Shown here: positions 57,373 through 64,000 of the stretch, in pieces
How positions within the stretch are numbered: the stretch's first letter is position 1
Layout of the letters: each line of letters opens with the position of its first letter
Source: Eledone cirrhosa
Taxonomy: Eukaryota
Reading direction: 5' to 3'
DNA length: 64,000 nt
Assembly: GCA_964016885.1 (NCBI GenBank)
Contig: OZ024766.1
Location: 9,982,001-10,046,000 of the forward strand
Program-made: the position numbers and the translations under genes
The notes under the pieces: generated by a model
Told to the model about the DNA's origin: nothing
Database searches by the model: none
The model's input: only the letters and a program-made list of their open reading frames with translations

Positions 57373-59265
57373 TTACATTACTCTATATATACTATTGTAT
57401 TTTCACAATAAAAGCTTTACCTCACATAACATTTACATTACTCTATATATACTATTGTATTTTCACAGTAAAGGCTTTACCTCACATAATATCTTACATA
57501 ACATTTACATTACTCTATATATACTATTGTATTTTCACACTAAAGGCTTTACCTCACATAACATTTACATTACTCTATATATACCATTGTATTTTCACAG
57601 TAAAGGCTTTACCTCACATAACTTTTACATTACTCTATATATACTATTGTATTTTCCCAGTAAAGGCTTTACCTCACATAACTTTTACATTACTCTATAT
57701 ATACTATTGTATTTTCACAGTAAAGGCTTTACCTCACATAATATCTCACATAGCATTTACATTACTCTATATATACTATTGTATTTTCACACTAAAGGCT
57801 TTACCTCACATAACATTTACATTACTCTATATATACCATTGTATTTTCACAGTAAAGGCTTTACCTCACATAACTTTTACATTACTCTATATATACTATT
57901 GTATTTTCACAGTAAAGGCTTTACCTCACATAACTTTTACATTACTCTATATATACTATTGTATTTTCACAGTAAAGGCTTTACCTCACATAATATCTCA
58001 CATAGCATTTACATTACTCTATATATACTATTGTATTTTCACAATAAAAGCTTTACCTCACATAATATCTCACATAACATTTACATTACTCTATATATAC
58101 TATTGTATTTTCACAGTAAAGGCTTTACCTCACATAACATTTACATTACTCTATATATACTATTGTATTTTCACAGTAAAGGCTTTACCTCACATAACAT
58201 TTACATTACTCTATATATACTATTGTATTTTCACAGTAAAGGCTTTACCTCACATAATATCTCACTTAACATTACTCTATATATACTATTGTATTTTCAC
58301 AGTAAAGGCTTTACCTCACATAACACTTACATTACTCTATATATACTATTGTATTTTCACAGTAAAGGCTTTACCTCACATAACATTTACATTACTCTAT
58401 ATATACTATTGTATTTTCGCAGTAAAGGCTTACCTCACATAACATTTACATTACTCTATATATACTATTGTATTTTCACAATAAAAGCTTTACCTCACAT
58501 AACATTTACATTACTCTATATATACTATTGTATTTTCACAATAAAAGCTTTACCTCACATAACATTTACATTACTCTATATATACTATTGTATTTTCACA
58601 ATAAAAGCTTTACCTCACATAACATTTACATTACTCTATATATACTATTGTATTTTCACAATAAAAGCTTTACCTCACATAACATTTACATTACTCTATA
58701 TATACTATTGTATTTTCACAAGAAAAGCTTTACCTCACATAACATTTACATTACTCTATATTTACTATTGTATTTTCACCATAAAGGCTTTACCTCACAT
58801 AACTATTTACATTACTCTATATATACTATTGTATTTTCACAGTAAAGGCTTTACCTCACATAACATTTCTCTATATATACTATTGTATTTTCACAGTAAA
58901 GCATTTACCTCACATAATATCTCACATAACATTTACATTACTCTATATATACTATTGTATTTTCACTGTAAAGGCTTTACCTCACATAGTATCTCACATA
59001 ACATTTACATTACTCTATATATACTATTGTATTTTCACAGTAAAGGCTTCACCTCACATAACATTTACATTACTCTATATATACTATTGTATTTTCACAG
59101 TAAAGCATTTACCTCACATAATATCTCACATAACATTTACATTACTCTATATATACTATTGTATTTTCACAGTAAAGGCTTTACCTCATAATATCTCACA
59201 TAACATTTACATTACTCTATATATACTATTGTATTTTCACAGTAAAGGCTTTATCTGACATAATA
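57373..59265. repeat. 60-bp satellite with 72-bp variant units (about 30 units)
   Basis: ACATTACTCTATATATACTATTGTATTTTCACAGTAAAGGCTTTACCTCACATAACATTT. Confidence 0.95.
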
Positions 59266-59639
59266 TCGAATCTATGAGATTTTGATGTTATTTGTTTTGA
59301 GAACAATAACTTATCAGTATGAGCAGCTGGTTTGAACAGAAAGAGGTGAGAGAATTGTGGTTGGATACAGCTGGTTTAAATGCTACAGAGTCCTATTCGT
59401 ACAAGTGGAGAGAGAATGACTCTGCCCCTTTTTCTGAACACGCTTTCTCCCCTGCTTTTAAATTCTTGTCTACTCAGGACCTACCTGAGGCACTGGAGGT
59501 GTTGTGAATCTTTCATTGTAGCCTTTTAGCTTCTTATATATAGACTAGCTGAGGTACCCGTCTTTGCCCGGGAGAACATGTCTCACCAACATGCAGCATT
59601 GTGCATCTCACACAGGCATCATATATACATATCATCATC

Positions 59640-60044
59640 CCTGTTTTACGTCCATTCTTTCCTCACTAGCATGGGTTAGACGGGTTGTCCTGTTGTCGGC
59701 AGTGTCCAGTCAGCTGACCATGTCTTGCTCACTCAGGAACTGATTCTGGCTTGATTTCTACAGCTGGATGCCCTTCCTAACACCAACCTCATTTACAGTG
59801 AGTGCTGGGTGCTTATTTGCCGTGGCACCTCCACGACCACTTTGCAGTGGAATGATAGGGACCCCAGTCCCTATCATCTCATTTCTACAGTTGAGTAAAC
59901 TGGAGCAATGTGAAATAAAGTGTCTTGCTCAAGGAAGTAACACATCACCTGGTCTGAGAATTGAACTCACAACCTTTCGATTGCAAGGCCAATGCTCTCA
60001 CCACTAAGCCATGTGCCTTCACTATCTATCTATCTATCGATTTG

Positions 60045-60077
<33 letters not shown>

Positions 60078-60775
60078 CATCATCATTTTACGTCCGCTTT
60101 TCCCTGCTTGCAAGGGTGGGACGGGTCTTATTCAGCACAGCATCTCTCCACTCGTCACGGTCCTTCGTCATCTCCACCGTGAGCTTCAATGATCTGAGGT
60201 CTGTTTTCACCACCTCCTTTTTTTGCCGTGGGGCCTCCACGACCACTTTACAGTGTGGACTGGGTGCTCTTTTGTCGTGACACATCCACAACCACTTTGC
60301 AGTGTGAAGGGGTGGGGCATATTGTCTATATGCTTCAGTTTGGGCTTGTACCAGTGGGAAGTCGGGTCTTCTGTATTACTGCGTGATGGCAGAGTTCATG
60401 GTCCTGTGTCATACATATATACATATGTGTTCAAACCAATGGAGGCACATGGCTTAGTGGTTAGAGCATTGGCCTTGCAATCGAAAGGTTGTGAGTTCAA
60501 TTCTCAGACCGGGTGATGTGTTGTTTCCTTGAGCAAGACACTTTATTTCACATTGCTCCAGTTTACTCAGCTGTAGAAATGAGATGATAGGGACTGGGGT
60601 CCCTATTATTCCACTGCAAAGTGGTCGTGGAGGTGCCACGGCAAAAAAGCACCCAGCACTCACTGTAAATGAGGTTGGTGTTAGGAAGGGCATCCAGCTG
60701 TAGAAATCAAGCCAGAATCAGTTCCCGTCCCACCCTTGCAAGCAGGGAAAAAGCGGATGTAAAATGAAATGATGA
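59640..60775. mobile_element. Cluster of SINE B/C copies in opposite orientations plus an RTE 3' fragment (60080-60215)
   Basis: 59640-60020 (-) and 60441-60775 (+) share the tRNA head and the GGAAGGGCATCCAG motif. Confidence 0.8.
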
Positions 60776-60819
60776 TATAAGAGAGTATTGAAGTTTGCTT
60801 GAAGCATTGTGGAATAATA

Positions 60820-61108
60820 AGGTAAATATCTTTAAGTCGTTCGGAAACCTCCACAATGCAAATGGGTAAATCTCCGGGTAACAAGATCCGGTGGTGGAGA
60901 GAGAGATGTAAGTGGGTGTACGTTGAGATGCGTGGCGTGTATAAGACGTGTAGAGGAATGAAGGAAAGTGCGTAAAGGATAAAAATAAAAAAAACAACAC
61001 GAGACGTACACTCACTTACATCTCTCTCTCCACCACCAGATCTTGTTACCCGGAGATTTACCCATTTGCATTGTCGAGGCTTCCAAACGACTTAAAGAAA
61101 TTTACCAT
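60820..61108. repeat. Inverted repeat, about 100-bp arms
   Basis: GGTAAAT...CTTTAAGTCGTT...GTGTACGT / ACGTACAC...AACGACTTAAAG...ATTTACC. Confidence 0.85.
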
Positions 61109-61744
61109 ATATTTATATGATGGCTGCAATCGCTTGTCAGGTTATAGAATTTGGTGCACTTTTAGGCTATGACCAGCCACATGAACTTGTAACAGATCCT
61201 GAACAAGCAATGCCTGGGCTTTGAACATTTTTTTAAGTGGGGAAAAGCCTTGCACTCTACCAAACTGGAGCAATGTGAAATAAAGTGTCTTGCTCAAGGA
61301 AACAACACATCACCCGGTCTGAGAATTGAACTCACAACCTTTTGATTGCAAGGCCAATGGTCTAACCACTAAGCCATGTGCCTCCATATATATATATACA
61401 TATGATGGTTGCAAACTCTGCTAAGAAACGGCCAGTCACATGAACCTGTAACAGATCCTGAACAAGCAATGCCTGAGATTTGAAGGTTTTTTAAGTGGGG
61501 AAAGGCCTTGCACTCTACCAATCCCACTCTCTGACCATTGGAAACACTACCCGAAAAGTAGAACTGGTCAACATCATCGGATGCTTCCGAAGCAGCAGGT
61601 TTTTTTTTCAGTGTTTCCCCTCTCCGAGTCTTGTATTTCATCCAGCAGGGTGTCAAAAATATCACCCTCCTCAACAAGCAAGCTTGGTGGGGTTGCCAGT
61701 TTAGTTGCTGATGACCCGACCATGAGACAGGTTGTACTGGGTTA

Positions 61745-62235
61745 CATCATCATCATCATCATCATCACCGTTTTACGTCCGTTCTTCCACACTAGCATGG
61801 GTTAGACGGGTTTTCTTGTTGTGGGCAGTGCCCGATCGGCTGACCTTGTATTGCTCATACGGGAACTGATTCTCGCTTGATTTCTACAGCTGGATGCCCT
61901 TCCTAACACCAACCTCATTTACAGTGAGTGCTGGGTGCTTTTTTGCCATGGCACCTCCACGTCCACTTTACAGTGGAATGATAGGGACCCCAGTCCCTAT
62001 CATTCCACTGCAAAGTGGTCGAGGAGGTGCCACGGTAAAAAAAAAAAAAGCACCCAGCACTCACTGTAAAGTGGTCGAGGAGGTGCCATGGTAAAAAAAA
62101 AAAAAGCACCCAGCACTCACTGTAAATGAGGTTGGTGTTAGGAAGGGCATCCAGCTGTAGAAATCAAGCCAGAACCAGTTCCTGTCCCACCCTTGCAAGC
62201 AGGGAAAAGCGGACGTAAAATAAAATGATGATGAA
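61745..62235. mobile_element. Back-to-back SINE C fragments forming an inverted repeat
   Basis: 61860-61975 mirrors 62005-62180. Confidence 0.7.
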
Positions 62236-62407
62236 GATATATATACACACACAACAAAAATTATAAATAAACAACGCAATCAATCAATATATTATTATTA
62301 TTAACAACATTTATAATTTTAAAATTATTCCATTTGTCAATATTTTTACTAACCGTTGTTATTGGTATTAATTGCACAGTATTTTAAGGGTGTATATATG
62401 TGTGCGA

Positions 62408-62457
<50 letters not shown>

Positions 62458-62594
62458 ATATGAATGTATGTATATATCTCTCTCTCTATATATATATAGG
62501 TATGTATATCTCTATATATATGTGTATGTATATCTATATATATATATGTGTATGTATATCTATATGCGCATATATATCTATATATATATACGTG

Positions 62595-62649
<55 letters not shown>

Positions 62650-62709
62650 ATGTATATATGTATGTGTATATATGTGTGTATGTATATATGTATGTGTATA
62701 TACATATAT

Positions 62710-63090
62710 ATATTGTTATACTTGGGGAGGGTCATATTGTTGTAATAATATTGCCAGAAATAATAACAGAACACACTCACTGTTTGGTTGGTTTTCACTT
62801 CTGTATCTTTTATATCTCCATAGTTAATTTATTTGGCAATCAATGTTTATCATTGATTGACCAACGGTTAAAAATACACAAGAACTTTGATAGACTATAT
62901 ATTTATATATATATTTATATCTGTATTTTTAACTGTTGGTCAGTCAATGGTAAACATTGATTGCCAAATAAATTAACTATGGAGATATAAAAGACACAGA
63001 AGTGAAAACCAACCAAACAGTGAGTGTGTTCTGTTATTATTTCTGGCAATATTATTACAACAATATGACCCTCCCCAAGTATAACAATAT
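62710..63090. repeat. Inverted repeat, about 165-bp arms
   Basis: ATATTGTTATACTTGGGGAGGGTC... / ...GACCCTCCCCAAGTATAACAATAT; the same terminus occurs at 48862 and 52800. Confidence 0.88.
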
Positions 63091-63540
63091 TTGTTTCGAC
63101 ACACGATTTCATATCAAAAACCTTGCAAAATAAATATGTATATATATATATGTATCTATATAATATATACACATATATATATATCTATATATATGTATCT
63201 ATATAATATATACATAATATATATCTATATATATGTGTATGTATGTGTTAAGTATTCCCGTAGAAACGGTAATGGAAAGAAGAGTGCTCTATGTATAGTA
63301 CAGAGCTATTTAGTTATATATATAAACAACACAATATAATTATTCCATTACTCAAGGTTTCAGGAAGTTAGATGATTCATGAGATGAAATATCTAGATAG
63401 AAACCTTGGCTAATGGAGTAATTATATTGTTGTTTATTCCATAAATAAATAAATATATATATATATTAAGTGTATTGAGTTCAAAACTCAAGCATTCCTT
63501 TACAATGCAATAGCTTAAAGAAAGAAATATTTCTGAGCCG

Positions 63541-63850
63541 TATAATACAAGTAAATATAAATTAATATATATGATGAAACACAAATACCAACATATCTGT
63601 GTTTATATTGTAAAAGAAATTAAGTTAGCTAGAATGAAATATACTAATTATAATATAACAGTTTGCCTATCTCAATTTAAAATAATAAATCAATAAAAAC
63701 AAACAGTATTGGCAAATGGCCATGGTGTTTAGACAAATTTAAATTTCAAAATCAAACCTGTTCCGTAGATATTTCTTTTACAATATAAACACAGATATGT
63801 TGGTATTTGTGCTTCATCATATATATTAATTTATATTTACTTGTATTATA
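63541..63850. repeat. Inverted repeat, about 80-bp arms
   Basis: TATAATACAAGTAAAT...AAAAGAAAT / ATTTCTTTT...ATTTACTTGTATTATA. Confidence 0.85.
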
Positions 63851-64000
63851 TATATATATATATATATACATATATAATTATCTATATTTATATATAATTA
63901 TAGAAATGGCTTCTACAAGACTAGAACAGTTCTAGCCCTGTAGGAGCCATTTCTATATTAAATATATATACTCTGCAATGTATTGAGTACCTTACTTACT

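Noticed and set aside
57359-59191. 610-aa ORF
   Set aside because: 60-bp satellite translation with an internal shift of repeat register.

Overview
Repeat-rich, AT-microsatellite-laden eukaryotic DNA. The SINE/RTE repertoire and (TA)n load suggest an octopus-like cephalopod (inference). Three protein-coding genes are supported: a 3-exon XK-related (Xkr) gene on the minus strand (with a partial duplicate of its first coding exon), an intronless ZFYVE19/ANCHR-like ORF on the minus strand, and a ZDHHC24-like palmitoyltransferase on the plus strand. The rest is RTE LINE remnants, tRNA-derived SINEs, restriction-like-endonuclease (RLE) retroelement fragments, several satellites (38, 60, 71, 77, 84 and 108 bp units), long (TA)n tracts and a 200-N gap. 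The main unexplained signal is about 15 type I hammerhead-ribozyme motifs from several unrelated sequence families, read by eye. Most lie in short inverted-repeat elements embedded between (TA)n tracts. They show compensatory stem changes, often have a non-canonical base of stem II, one has a 105-nt stem II, and many are followed by a shared ACTC...GAGTRC hairpin. This looks like a diverse, microsatellite-associated population of non-coding Penelope-pLTR/retrozyme-like elements. Almost all long ORFs in the supplied track (YI-repeats, satellite peptides) are artefacts.
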